Source: the human T2T-CHM13v2.0 reference genome, Homo sapiens. Taken from it: a stretch of 64,000 bases of DNA. Below, piece after piece: positions 39,650-56,759 of this stretch (its first letter is position 1; each line of letters opens with the position of its first letter). Under the pieces are notes generated by a model. It ran no database searches and was not told where the DNA came from. It saw only the letters and a list, made by a program, of their open reading frames with translations. A program made the translations under genes and the position numbers. The stretch lies in NCBI RefSeq assembly GCF_009914755.1, contig NC_060944.1; one strand, written 5' to 3'.

Positions 39650-39900
39650 TAATGGCAAGTGACCTTTATTGAGCACTTACAATGTGCCCAGTACAGTGGG
39701 ACATGCATTACAGACATAATTTCTTTTCATAATAATCCTAGGAGGAAGAAATTATTATTTCCATTTTACAGATGAGAAAACTGAGGGTTAGAGAGTTAAG
39801 TGGCTGGCCCAAAGCCCTGCAGCTGGTATGTGGTTTAGTGAAAACTAAAGCCCAGGTCGAGCCAACTTTACATGCTAGCTCTTAATCCATAGGCCTGACT
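39650..39900 (-). mobile_element. MIR SINE
   Basis: ccattttacagatgagaaaactgagggttagagagttaagtggctggcccaaag. Confidence 0.88.
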
Positions 39901-40057
39901 GCCTAAGTGAAGCAGCCCAGAGAACCTGCTGTTGCCTAACTGATAAGCTATAATTAATATGTTCTTACTTATTCATCCTTACTGATTCAGAAGGTAAGGT
40001 CTTTCTTCAGCAATACTCTTGGGCTAATTTGAGTTTCTATCTGACTTTCTAAGTTAA

Positions 40058-40394
<337 letters not shown>

Positions 40395-40502
40395 GCTATT
40401 GCTCTTTTAAATTACCCCAGTTTCTCATTAATTGAGATCTCCTCAAATTAATATGAACTAATGAGACCCTATCATATTGCCACATCACTAAAAGTTGCAT
40501 TT

Positions 40503-40706
40503 AGTCATATGTGGCATGCTTGTCTTCAGCACACATTTCCTCAGTGCCCACCTGGGCACAAGCCCTACCCAGACAGAGTTTATGCTCTAGCAAAAGAGAC
40601 AGGCATGTACACAGCTGGCCAGCCACACACCAAGGCAGATTGGGATAAGACTGAGGGGCACTGTGTAATTGGAGAGCTAAGGAAAGAGCAGTTAACTCTC
40701 ACTGGG
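40503..40706 (+). repeat. Local direct duplication, copy 2 (L2-derived, likely donor)
   Basis: Aligns to 37753-37936; L2-like sequence continues downstream of this copy only. Confidence 0.9.
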
Positions 40707-41659
40707 ATAAATCTGGGAATATCTTATTGTGAAATATCAATTGTGTGGCGCCTGGAAAAGATGAAAAAAGATTTAAAGAAGCAGAGAGGGTTCTGAGGAT
40801 GCTCCTCCAGGGAAGTGTCATAAACAGAGATGCAGCGGAAGGGGGAAACATGTTGTGTATGTTAGGGACATATGACTCAGATGACTAGAAAATTTAGACA
40901 CCCTTTGAGTTCATCCTTCCTTGTATGGATAAACATGATAACACACTTTCTCCCCTCATATGGATAAGGATGCATTAAGCAAAATGACTGTGAAACAAAT
41001 CCTAGTTCCACTTGGCCTCCATTAGGAAGTCAAAGATATATATCTGGGAGGGAGAAAAAAAATCCTCCAGCAGATTGAACTGAAGCATATTGAGCAGTTG
41101 AGGCAGCAAGCAGTTAATCCTGGTGACTGTAGACAGCAGCCATCTCTGTGCAGTGGGGTGCGTGGGCCTCTGCTTAGCAGTCACCTTCCCACTGAATCAT
41201 TTTGAAGGGGTTTTGCCAACTCTAGGGTTTCCCCTGAAATGAAGACCATCCCCTTGCTCTAGACAACAGAATTTCTTTCATACTTAGGCAACTTTTGACT
41301 TCTTATTTTCGGGATCCAGAATTTAGCTGCTTCTTTTTGCCAGGACATAACAGAAACACATTGAGAGAGTCGGCTCACTAGGGCTCTGAATTCCTACGAT
41401 TGTTTTTCATTCTTTCTGTTTCGGAGAAGGGAATGAAGATTAGGGATACCAGCTCCTGTCTTGGAGTTACTGTAAAATCCAGTCATAACCATTTCTAGGA
41501 GAGTTTCTCGGTGGTCTGCAGATGACCTGCATCATACACACCAGGGGTATCATATGAGTAAAAATTCCCAGCTTAAGACCTGGGTGTGGGGCCCAGAAAT
41601 CTGTATTAAACAAAAACCAAACACCAACAAACTAATCAGAGGTCTTAATGGTCAGAGAT

Positions 41660-41778
41660 GCAATGTGTGGTTGGGTAGGTTTGCCCTGTATACCACTGAG
41701 GGCTCCATTTACATAATACATAGGCAGCCCCTAGATTTGTGCAGTGCAAAACCTGTGCAACAGCTCATGGCAGCTTTG
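41660..41778. mobile_element. MER91-like hAT-Tip100 MITE next to a MER5-like fragment
   Basis: ttgtgcagtgcaaaacctgtgcaacagctcatggcagc. Confidence 0.55.
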
Positions 41779-42044
41779 CATTGCAGAATCACCGTGGTGA
41801 GATATTCTGGCATTGGCATGTATCAAGTCCAAATGTTAGCACTTTTTTCTGATTTATTCTGCCTCACCATCTACTGGGCATGTCAGAGATCCCTGGGGCC
41901 CAGGGTAGAGCAGCTACAGAGGCCTTATACAAACCTCATTCTTTAAAGGAAGACCCCACCAGAGTGTTCATCTGTAGTAAATTGTCAGGTAGATTGGGGA
42001 ATTTTGGAAAGATTCTTCATCACCAAATAAAATGTGTTTGCTTC

Positions 42045-42157
42045 TTTTTTGTTATTTATTTATTTATTGAGACAAAGTCTCTCTCTGTTGCCCAGGCTGG
42101 AGTGCAGTGGCGGGATCTCAGCTCACTGCAACCTCCACCTCCTGGGTTCAAGCGATT
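42045..42157 (-). mobile_element. Truncated Alu (3' part of right arm)
   Basis: gagacaaagtctctctctgttgcccaggctggagtgcagtggc...ttcaagcgattc, then similarity ends. Confidence 0.9.
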
Positions 42158-42539
42158 CGTACTGCTGGACTTGATGCTTGAATTCAGCAGCTCATGGAGG
42201 ATTTGCACCCTATTTTCTGTCTGTGAAGCTGCTAATAGGCCCAGGATTCCTCAAGACCACGTTCGGAAATGCTGCCCCATCATCCCCTGATAAAGTTGAC
42301 AAAGCTCAGCCAGAAGCAATTCTGATGCAGAGGAGAGTACACAGGACGAGAAGACCAGTGTTTGGATCATGACCCATCACTTACTGGCTATGATATCTTG
42401 GATACATTATTAAAACTCTTTGGACCTTGGTTTTGCCATCCGTGAAATGGGGACAAGCATTCTCACCTCCTGGGCAGATGGAGAGAATGCAGTGTGCTAA
42501 CAAATGAAGAGTGACTATCACAGTAAATAGTATTTCCTT

Positions 42540-43000
42540 CCTTTATTCAAGCATGTGAGGGACTAAAATGTATCAGGCATGTGCTAAACATGGGGAAAAT
42601 AATGGCAAATGAATTCACAGAGCTGCTATTGTTAGATCACAGGGTTGATTGGAAAGACTGAAAGTGAAGAAGTCAACACATAAATATAGTCCAGAGAGAA
42701 ATATGTCCCAGGCAGAAAATTAGGGCTGCTTTAAAATGGATTATCAGGGAAAGCTTCTGGGAGGAGGTAGCATTTGATCTGAGACCTGAATGATGACAGT
42801 ATGTGAAGAAGACAGACAGGCAAAGAGCAGGGGATGAGCATTTCAGATGGAGGGCACAGCTTGTGTGAAGGCCCTGAGGCAAGGGCTAGTATGATGCCCT
42901 GGAGAAACGGAAAGACTGCTGCTGTGGCTGGAATACAGAATGAGAGAAGACTAGAGAAGACTGACATGGAACGGAGCATGGGGATCAGGCAAGGGGTTTA
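42540..43000 (-). mobile_element. L2 fragment
   Basis: atcagggaaagcttctgggaggaggtagcatttgatctgagacctgaatgatga...gagggcacagcttgtgtgaaggccctgaggc. Confidence 0.8.
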
Positions 43001-43120
43001 GTTGGAAGTAGTTCTTAGTGTAGTTGGAAGTAGGTTCAGAGGTAATGCTACTTTTCCTTTTCCCTTCTGTGGACTCAGCTGCTTGATTCATGCCTTATAT
43101 CAATTAAGAATGTTTGTAGC

Positions 43121-43345
43121 AGCCGGGAGTGGTGGCTCATGCCTGTAATCCCAGCACTTTGGGAGGCTGAAGTGAGCAGATCATGAGGTCAGGAAATCGA
43201 GACCATCCTAGCCAACATGGTGAAACCCTGTCTCTACTAAAATACGAAAATTAGCCGGGCGTGGTTGGTTGCAGTGAGCAGAAATCACGCCACTACACTC
43301 CAGCCTGGCAACAGAGCAAGACTCCGTCTAAAAAAAAAAAAAAAA
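43121..43345 (+). mobile_element. AluSc-like with ~70 bp internal deletion in the right arm, inserted in an old MLT1 LTR
   Basis: gccgggcgtggt is joined directly to ggttgcagtgagc; residual TSD tttgtagc on both sides. Confidence 0.92.
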
Positions 43346-44396
43346 GAAAAATTTTTTTTTGTAGCTACAAGTAACAGGAAATGTAACAAAGTTGTCTTAA
43401 ATAAGCAAGGATGTGTTCTTCTCACATAACAATATGTCTAGAGGTATGAAGATGCTGGTCCTGGTTCAGCAGCTCAACAATGTCACATCTCTGGGCTGGC
43501 CTCCCTGTGATTCTCTTGGCGTTGCCCTCATGGTCACAAAATAGCTGTCATAACTTCAATCATCACATCCTTACACCATGGTCAGGGGCAGGAAGCAGGA
43601 GCCAGTGTGGGAGCAGACAGTTTCTCTTCAAGTGCCTCTTTTTCATAAGGTCAGAGAAAACTTTCCTTTAGCAGATCTCTTTGAGTCATATTAGAGTGGA
43701 ATGATATCCTGGGGTCCAAGCATCTCCACCTGATGAAGAATGGGTGGAGTTTTACTGGCAAGAAAAAAGTGCAGGGCTGGTAATCACAGTGATCTCCAAA
43801 TTCCCCATGTTTTCACCTAGCTCCCTGAGTGAAGGCTACAGAATTTTAAGTTTTGCCTCCAACTAGGAACAGCAGCCCTCAGAGCAAATTTCAGTCTTCT
43901 TGGAAGCTCCTATAAGACTTCTTATTTTTCTCTGGCACCACACAGGCCACTTGTCCCTCTTGCTCTTTAGCAAGTTGAAGGCACAGGATTTAATTAAAAG
44001 CAAAACTTGACATAAGTGTTTTTAATTGTAATAGAAAAAAGCTGCCTGTTTTATAAAGGTGACAGTTTGCAAACACAAATGTGAACATATTCCTACCTCA
44101 CTTGGCGGCGGCCCCGTCAGAGAGTGGCAGAGTGGTACAAGGAGATGGATCTGGTGTGAATGACTTGTTCCTGCAGTGAAGGATGCAACCTGAATTCCTC
44201 CTGAGGAGTGCCAGCAACACCTGTCATCAGGTCCACTTAGCTAATGAGATCCAAGGGGTAGCCTCTGGTACCACCGTTTCTCTCCAGCCTTCAGACTTGC
44301 CTGGAAGAAAGGTGCAGTTCCCTCTCATATTGGAGAACTGGGACATCCATGACACACTGCAGAAGCCAGACTGTCTTTCACTCAGGCCTGAGTTCA

Positions 44397-44827
<431 letters not shown>

Positions 44828-46741
44828 TCAGCTGTGGTGTACTCATGGAGGCCACTGCATCTTCTGGGTAGAAGACTGAGTCTCTTTCAATCTCGTTTTG
44901 CAGAGAGATGTCTGGAGTGTAGAAACCTAGGAAACATTCAGCTGCAGAGAATAGAAAGTGACTCAGATAAGTCCAGACAGAAAGAGGATTTACTGAAGAC
45001 ATCTGAGTCTCTCGAAAAAAATCATATGCAGGAGCCATACGTGGGCTTTTCTTGCATCTCTGCTGTATCTCCCTTTCTAGAGATCTGATTGCTTTGCAAG
45101 CCTCCCAAATTCTCAGCCTTGTGGACTTCTTTCTCAGTTTTCTGTGTTGATTCTAGCCTAGCCTCCATCTGACCTTGCTATTCAACTGCTCGTTCATTTA
45201 TTAATTCAATGATTCATTAATTTATCAAATAATCACAGAATTATGTGTATAATCACAAATGGAGACACCTCCTGCAAAGGAAAGGATTATGGTGTTCTAC
45301 AGCCAAATGCTTCAGTTTTTGTGTCTCAGTTCCCACCATTCTGGGTGGAGAATATGATTGGCCCAGCCTGCAACACCTGGTCCAATCAGCAATGGCCAAG
45401 GGGTGATGAGGTCGCACAGGGCCAGGCCTGTGAATGGAGCATATTGTCTAAGCCTGGGTATGGGGTGGGAGGAAACGCTTGAAATCTCTTTTACAGGAAG
45501 AGCTTCAGATGAGATATCCACAGAGTTACCTTGGATGGAATCTGATCCACTTCAGGCTTAGTTCTCAGAAAAGCATCACTAATTATACGGACGAACAGGC
45601 TCAGGGGTTTGCATTCTAGATGTTTGGTTTGATTCTGACTGGCTGCAAATGACCAGCCTAACTCACTGGATGGAGCATTCTGCGTTCCAAGTGCCAGGTG
45701 TGGGCAGGTGTCCAGCTGCAGATGGGCCTCTGCTGACATCCAGGCCACAGGCTGAGTGGCTGTACTGAAGGGAACACCAAGCCTTTGATTCCATAAGGTC
45801 CCTCCTTCACTGAAATGAGATGATGGCACAGGTACCTCAGGATGGAAGGCAGTAATAAGCACTGAAACCCAGCTGTACAGCTTTCCCAACATTTCATGCT
45901 AAAGCTTTGAGTATAAACTGAGCAGCATGACGAGAACAGGTGTGAAGGAATCTTTCATCTGCTCATTCACCAGGCTTTGATGGAGGATGGACCATGGCTG
46001 ACCCAGTCCCAGGCATGGAGAGTCTTGAGGAGTTCATGATGACAGCCTTCCCCATCCCACAGTGTTTCCCTCCTTGAAGGAGTTAAGTAATGGTGTGAGG
46101 CAGCCCCAGAGTCTAGGCCCACAGCAGTGGAGTCACGTGCTCCTTGCATTCCAGGACTGGCTGCCTGAGGCTGGGACTTGCAGGAAGGCTGTATACAGAG
46201 AGCTCAGGGCAATCATTCAGGGTTCTGAGGGTCATGGGAGGCCTGGCCAGGGGTGGGGGGTCCATCGCTAGCAGCCCACGCCTGACTCTTCACTTTACTC
46301 CACCCACTTCTGTTCTCTGCAGCCAAGGAGAGGCGGACTTCCTTGTTCTGCCTGGTTTTCCCCACGTGCTACCAGCTAATAGGCTGCAGCTGTATTTCAG
46401 AAGAGTTGCCACAAGGAAAACTTAGCCTGTAAGTCAAGCACTTTAGTTCTCCAGGCGTGAAAAACAACACTCTTTATTTCTGGCCATGCCTGGCTTTGTG
46501 AGCTGTGTCTAATGGCCTCATAAGGAGATATACCACCGCACTGTCAGAGTGGTCCTGGGATTTCTGTTAGCAGGTGACCCTCTGTCCACAGGTATGGAAA
46601 GGGCTGGAGTTGGAGTCTTGGCCTGTGATATGTTTGCCTTGAAATAAATGTCTTAAAAAATCTGTTCAACATTAAACAAAACAAAAGGAAAAACAGGAAA
46701 CAAAAACAAAACCAAAAATCATTACTGGATTTTTGGGAGCA

Positions 46742-46780
46742 TGAAAAGAAACTGCGTGAAAAGAAACTTCGTGAAAAGAA
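46742..46780. repeat. 15-bp tandem repeat, ~2.6 copies
   Basis: tgaaaagaaactgcg tgaaaagaaacttcg tgaaaagaa. Confidence 0.9.
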
Positions 46781-47212
46781 TTTACACAGTGCTTGGCCCC
46801 TATTGAGGGCTCAATCAATATTAGTTGTTATTCCTATTGTAATTACATTAATTTTGCTAAACATTTCAGGCACAATGTCACTGTTCTTCCCAGCCCATGT
46901 CAGTCTAAATCTCTATTGCTGGCATTTGCCCTGGTCTGTTTTGTTGTTGTCTCATGTAGTAGCCCAGGAATCCTCTGGGATTGGAGACCCCCATCTGTAC
47001 CCGCCTCCTTGTCCGTATTTGGGGCTTGCTTCCACAGGCAGAATCTGGGATCTGTACCACCATAGAGAAGCTTTGAATATCACCAAAGGTAAAGTCTTGC
47101 CTGGCTGGTGCTCAGCTGCCTGGTTAGCCTCAGCTGAAGTTCTAACTCTTCTAGGAAGCATCCCCGAAAAGTATCCTCCTTTCTGCTTCAATCCACTTTT
47201 AAAAAGCCCCTG

Positions 47213-47930
47213 TGTATGGAATATTGTATTTGCCAAAGTGGGCAGCAATAATATTTCCCATTCCATATGCTTTTTTACAATGTGACTTTGTCACTTTTTC
47301 CAGTGAGTGGTAGTGTCATCTCTTCTTGAGTCTTAGTGAATCTTTGGCTAACAGACTAGTGTAGATTGATGCTGTGTGGCTTCGGAGGCTGTGCCATTGA
47401 AATGCCACGCAGCTTCCACCTTGCTCTCTTGGGATGCTTACTCTGGGAACCAGCCACCATACTGAGAGTGAGCCCAAATTAACTCATCTTGAGAGACCAC
47501 ATGGAGAAGTAACGTGCACTGTTCCAGCTGACTGTCCAGCTGGGGTCCAAACTGACAGTCAGCATCAACTGCCAATCATGTGAATGCAGTACTTCCATAC
47601 CAGGGTCAGCAAACATTTTTGTAAATGGCTGGATAGCAAATATTTTTGGCTTTGCAGGCCGTACAGTTTCTCTTGCAACTATTTGACTCTGCTGTCATAG
47701 GGCAAAAATAGCTATAGACAATATATAAACAGATGGGCATGGCTGGATTCGGCTCACAAACTGTAGTTTGCATCCCATGCTCTAAATGACTCCAAACCCA
47801 GCCATTGAGTCACTGTCATCCTCCCAGCCTTCCCTGTTGAGCTTCTGCCTGAATTTCTCATGGACAGATGCCATGAGTTGCTTTCTGCTGTGACGTTTTG
47901 AGGTGGTTTGAATGTAGCAATAGCACCTGG
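47213..47930 (+). mobile_element. MLT1H-like LTR containing a MER58A
   Basis: attgtatttgccaaagtgggcagcaataatatttcccattccatatgcttttttacaatgtgac; end ttttgaggtggtttgaatgtagcaatag. Confidence 0.7.
47601..47779. mobile_element. MER58A (hAT-Charlie)
   Basis: cagggtcagcaaacattttt gtaaatggctggatagcaaatatttttggctttgcaggcc...ctgtagtttgc. Confidence 0.85.
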
Positions 47931-48398
47931 ATCCCTCCATATCTCTGTTTTATGATTATCAGTTTTATGATTTCTATGCCTATCTATCCTTCTAGTTCTG
48001 AGCTTCCCAAAGGTAGGTACTGGCTCTTCCTCCTCTGCCTCCTCTTCAGCAGATCTAGTACTAGAGTGGCAGGTGTCATGTCATGCACTTTACATGGATT
48101 GCCATCTTTAGTCTTCCCAACTATTATTACATCTCTATTTTACAAATAAACACAGTGAATCTCTGGGAGGTCAGTGAATTGCCCCAAGTGACTCAGAAAC
48201 ACACACTCCTCAATTCCAGGGCCCAGGATTTTATCCACGATACCATCTAGCCTCAATGTTCATGGCATAAAATAAAGGTGTGGGAGCCTGAGAAACACCC
48301 ACCCACTCGATTGAAAACAAAATCTGAGTCCAGAGGCCACACATGTTCAATCCCAGCTCCACTCTCCATGCCTTGCAGAGTTCCTGGGCACAGGGGAT

Positions 48399-48792
48399 TG
48401 GTATAGTTTGGATGTTTGTCCCCTCCAAATTTCATGTTGAGATGTAATCCTCAGTGTAAGAGGTGAGGTCTGGTGGGGGGTGTTTGGGTCATGCAGGCAG
48501 ATCCCTCATGGCTTAGTGCTGTTCCTGCAAACTGATCTGGTTGTTTAAAGTGTGTGGCACATCCCCTTGATCTCTGTTGCCCCTGTTTTCACCAAGTGAG
48601 TCACCTGCCCCTCTTCTGTCTTCTGTCATAAGTAAAAGCTCCCTGAGGCCTCACCAGAAGCCAAGTAAATGCTGGTGCCATGCTTCCTGTGCAGCCTGCA
48701 GAACCGTGAGCCAATTAAACTACTTTTCTTCATAAATTACTCTGTATCAAGTGTCAGATTTTTCTTTACAGCAATGCAAGAATGACAACACA
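48399..48792 (+). mobile_element. MaLR solo LTR (MSTA/MSTB)
   Basis: tggtatagtttggatgtttgtcccctccaaatttcatgttga...gcagcctgcagaaccgtgagccaattaaac; 5-bp TSD gggat/gggtt; inserted into an L2 tail. Confidence 0.9.
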
Positions 48793-48944
48793 GGGTTGTA
48801 CAGTAAATTTTGGTTGGGTGAGCAAATAAGTGAGTGACTAGTGCACATCACATTAGGTTCCCCATTTGGTTAATGTCAGGGTCAGGTGGATTAATGTTGG
48901 AGCACATTCCCGGGTAGACCATTTACTTCAGTGAATAAGCCTTG

Positions 48945-49390
48945 TGCAGATATGGTTGGCAGCCTGTCTGTATCCCCTCTGCCTACTCCAGCAGGTGCCT
49001 GCAGACAGTTCCATAAATGCCAGTGGCTGTTTCCCTCTGCCTCAGTGCATGCATAGCCCAAGGGAGTGGCTCAGCTTGCAAGTAGAACTGGTCAGAAGGG
49101 TGGGATAACAATCCCAGGATCAGCCATCAACCAATGAGGGATGGGAGTTGGTGGGTAAGTACCCCCGCTTTTCACCCTTCCAAAGCACAACTCTGAGGTG
49201 TGCTCACAGGAGTCTCACAGAGGAGCCCTTTGGGATGGAGGTGCATTGCTCTTTAACCTCTTAACAAGTTACCTTTCTTCTGTTCTCATCTCAATTTCCA
49301 AACCCTCACACTACTTTCTGAAAGCACCTCCCAAAGAAATAACTTGTAGCCAAATCTTAGTCTTCAGATTTGTTTAAAAGCAAACCTAAA
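48945..49390 (+). mobile_element. ERVL LTR (LTR16A-like)
   Basis: cagccatcaaccaatgagggatgggagttggtgggtaagtacccc...cacctcccaaagaaataacttg. Confidence 0.7.
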
Positions 49391-49495
49391 GGGTTTCCCT
49401 AAGCTAGAACAGATGTGTATTGTACATGGTGTAAAACCTGGTGCACATTCTAGTACACATGTGTACACGACACATCTGCATCAAAGTCTGAGTTA

Positions 49496-49821
<326 letters not shown>

Positions 49822-51171
49822 TTATTGGTTATATTTTCACGGATGTGGTTTTCTTGCCTTTGAGTATATATAGTAACTGGAATTAGGCTAAGATTTGTTT
49901 ATTATTCTAATCAATAGATACGAATGATTTGTAATCAAATCAATTGCATTTAAGTAATTGGTGCTCAGAAATACTTGAGGGAGATTCAGAATGGTGCTGT
50001 CTTGGGTGGTTTTAATCATCTTACCCCTGAATCTTGCTGTCACCATAACTTTCTATCAAACCTCTTCTTCATGAATCGAAGATGTGCTGGAGTCCAGGCC
50101 CAGCCTAGCTCTGTCGCCTCCACACTGGCCAAGGTGTAGGAGGGACACATTTCAGATTATTTGGAGTTAGTGGGGGCATCTGGACTAGCATATGGGGACT
50201 CCAAGTGTTGTCCTGGGAATTCTATTGGAAAATTATTTTTGGACACTCTTTGTAGCTTAAGCTGTGTGTGCATCCCTCCAGAGAATTACTGACAGGTGTC
50301 TGGGGGCACTACCAATGTGGGTCACTGAGCACTAAAAGTGTGTTTATTTTGGACCACTGGGAGATTTACTTTGAGCTGCATATTCACTGGAGGGCTGGCT
50401 TTTGGTTACTACTTTTCTAGGACGTCCCCCCCACTTCTGATGTGCTGAGCGCTGAGCAACTGTTAATTCAGATCTTCTGGGGATGGTGGGGGGTTGGCGG
50501 AAGAGTTTACTTCACAGCTTCATATAGAGCATAGACCTTTGGGGTCTTGGTGAGATTGAGGAGGGTCTTCTAATAAACTCTCAAGCTTGAATTGACTTCG
50601 ACGTTGTCTTCTCTTTCCCACATTCTATGAGGTTGTGAACATTGAAGCTCAAATTGTCCAGATTTGGCAAATACTGTCTGGACAAAAGTCTCTTCGGCAT
50701 TCCATATCTCTCTGGGGTTCAGCCTTTACTTCTACTTTGTACTGATAACTCCTTTCAGCTCTTTCATGATTTTAGGAAGATTTACAAAATACATTTGACC
50801 CATTTTTTAAAAAGTTACTTTCATCAGGGAGGCTAATTCCAATACCTAATCCACCATATTACAGGAGACAAGTTTCTGTCCCAAGGATTTAACAAGGAGC
50901 CTCTCTCAGTTGAACACTGAGCAGGAACCATGAGTTGGAGAGGATTCTGGAGTGTGAGGACAGGACTTTTAAAAACCTTAGCTCACCATTGCAGCTTTGG
51001 ACATTAGTCTGCTGGTGGCCCCATTTATATAGATCAACCAGTCAGGGAATTAAATACTCTTGTCTTATGAACCAATGGGAACTGGAACAAGTTTGATCTG
51101 TCTTATTACAGAGGGCTGAAGTCCTGATTTGGTAAAAGTATTCTGTGATTGGGAACCTAGTTATACCCAAC

Positions 51172-51217
51172 TCATCCATCCATCCATCCATCCACCCACC
51201 CACCCACGCACCCACCC
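51172..51217. repeat. (CATC)n/(CACC)n microsatellite
   Basis: catccatccatccatccatccacccacccacccacgcaccc. Confidence 0.9.
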
Positions 51218-51819
51218 AATAAATAGGGACATAGTGGAATCCCATTCTGAGAGAAACTCAGAGAGGAAGGTGAAAACAGACAGCACACATGTTTTAACAA
51301 GCCTTCCCTGAAGGATTTAAGGTATTCATATGCCCCATTTGCAAACTCCTTCCTGAGCCAAGTGTTGGATCCAACACCCTGTCATCATGAACAAATTCCT
51401 GATAAAATACATCTTGTATAAAAATGAGAATGAGAGACAAGTCTTTGTGAGAAGAGTAGATAGATGTTTAAATTAAGATTAAGATTTTTTGACTGGTAGT
51501 TACCACCCCAGTCTTTAGTCTAATTCTGGCCACTGCTAATTTTATAGGATTACAATGGGAAAAGACACTTTCTTCCCCTCTTGTGTTTCATATTGTTTTC
51601 CACTGAAGAAAGGGAAATATTAGAAAAATGCCTTTCAGGAACGAGGTCCTATATTAGAGCAATAAAAGCTAAAACCCTAGATCTCAATGGTGCAATGCAA
51701 AAAACGTTCATTTTCCATTTATTCCAAGTCCAGTGATTGTGCTCCTGTTCTGTGGCTTTCCTGAAAAGCTTTCCTTCACGTGTGACTCAGGGACTAAAGA
51801 TATTGCTATTTTGGGATGC

Positions 51820-54932
<3,113 letters not shown>

Positions 54933-55647
54933 ATAGGCTATCTGGCTGCTTGGTTGAAACAGTTTGTAGATGACAAACATCAAAGAGAAGGCCTCTTTTG
55001 GAAGTCCACTGCAATTAGTTCAGGTGAGAGATGATTGGAGCTTGAGCTGGGGTGATAGTAGGGAAGGTGGTGAGTGAAGGTGGGATTCCAGATATGTTGG
55101 AGATGGGCTGTGAGAGGAAAAGGTATTGAGGCTTGGGATGCAGTTTCCTGGCATGGGGATGGCTCTGGGAGATTAAATAACTTTCCCTAGTCATGCTGCG
55201 AACTAGAGGCTATTCTGGGATTGAAATCCAGATCTGCCAAGCTCCATGGAAGTCCTGAAGAGCAAGGGCTCCCTCCCTTCTCACTGTTTGTGAACCCTAG
55301 GGTGAGGAGAGATGGAGTGTGGGTACAGGACCTGGCTGAGAAATATCTGGATGTGGAAGGTTCCTGCTTGCCTGAAATGCAGGGCCCTGTGGTCCTGATT
55401 TACCCCAAGCTTCCTCAGTTCCTGGGGGAAGGTAAGATGGGCCAAGGTAGGAGAGAAGAAGGACAAACTGGATGAACCAAGTAGGTGCCTAGAACTCAAG
55501 GCAACCTTGACACTGAAGTGAGGGTCCTAAGAGTGCAGTTCCTTAACAACTTCAAACCCTGCTGAACTCACCAGACCCTGAGCCTTGAGAGTGTGACTGA
55601 GCACATGGAGGGCTGTGGGTGTGGTACATAGGAGTGGCTGTATTATG

Positions 55648-55740
55648 TAGGGTGACCAATTCATCCCAGTGTGCCAGAACTGCCCAGGTTTTGGCACTGA
55701 AAGCTTATTCCAGGGAAAATGTGGACGGTTGGTCATCCTA
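55648..55740. mobile_element. MER81-like hAT-Blackjack MITE
   Basis: Terminal inverted repeats tagggtgaccaa / ttggtcatccta. Confidence 0.8.
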
Positions 55741-55767
55741 CCTGTGTGCCTGAATGAATGGGCATGG

Positions 55768-55768
<1 letters not shown>

Positions 55769-55798
<30 letters not shown>
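55769..55798. repeat. (TG)n microsatellite
   Basis: About 15 uninterrupted TG units. Confidence 0.95.
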
Positions 55799-55799
<1 letters not shown>

Positions 55800-56244
55800 T
55801 GTGCATCTGTGAGTTCTTGGGCCTGTGCAAGTGGGTAGAGCTAAGTACATGAAGGAGGACGTGTTAAGGAGTGTGTATCCACGTGTAAGGGTGTTACTGG
55901 GACTTCGTAGATGTCTCAGGCAGATTTATTTATCCCCTCTCCTGACTCCTTCTGTGCTTCCAGAAAGAATTAGAGGTGGCTCTATGTGCAAAGGCAGTGT
56001 TCTGAGTGGTGGAGAGTGTGGACTCTGGAGTTTGAATGGACCTGGCTTCACATCCTGCCTCAACCACTACTGCCTCTGTGACCTTGAGCAAGCAACCTAA
56101 CCACTTTGTGGGTCATTTTCCTCAGTGAACAATGGACACAAGGACCCTTTATCATGGCCACAAAAGAAATAATACATCTAGAAGGATGGCCACTCAGTAA
56201 TCGTTCAGTTCATTGTAGTGATTACTGTCACTGTTCTTGTGAGT

Positions 56245-56446
56245 CTGGTGTGTGAGACTGAGTGTTGTCTTATGGAGTGTGTGACTGTGAGTGTGTGCCT
56301 GTGTGCATGTGCATGAGTGTGCATGTGTGAGTGCGTGCAATTTTGTGTGTGTATGTGTGCATACTTGTGTGAATGTACGTGCATGTATGGCAGTACCCAT
56401 GCAGGTGTATGTGAGTGCATGCATGCACATGTGTGAGTGTGTGTGT
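56245..56446. repeat. Degenerate (TG/TGCA)-rich low-complexity tract
   Basis: gtgtgtgcctgtgtgcatgtgcatgagtgtgcatgtgtg... Confidence 0.85.
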
Positions 56447-56759
56447 TTCTGCTCATACAGAGCCATCCACTCTCAGGGTGAGCAAGCTACCTTGGGCTTG
56501 GTCAGGAAGATTGTGTGGGGTGGGTAGAGACCAGGGTCCCTGGAGACGAGGTGTCTGAAATCTCTGCGTTCTTTTTCATGGTGCCCTCAGCTCCCAGCAG
56601 GGCTCTGGCCCCAGTTCTCAGTGATGTGCGTTGGATAGGATTGAGTTCTGTATTGTACAAACTGCCTTATTAAAATATATGTTGTGCATTCATGAATCTT
56701 TAATATGAGGCACTTAGTGAGGAGTCCATAATCTCCTCAATTGAGCTGTATAAAGGAGG

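Noticed and set aside
46803-47285. Longest ORF (160 aa)
   Set aside because: Non-ATG start, begins in a MIR tail and ends in an MLT1 LTR, no recognisable domain
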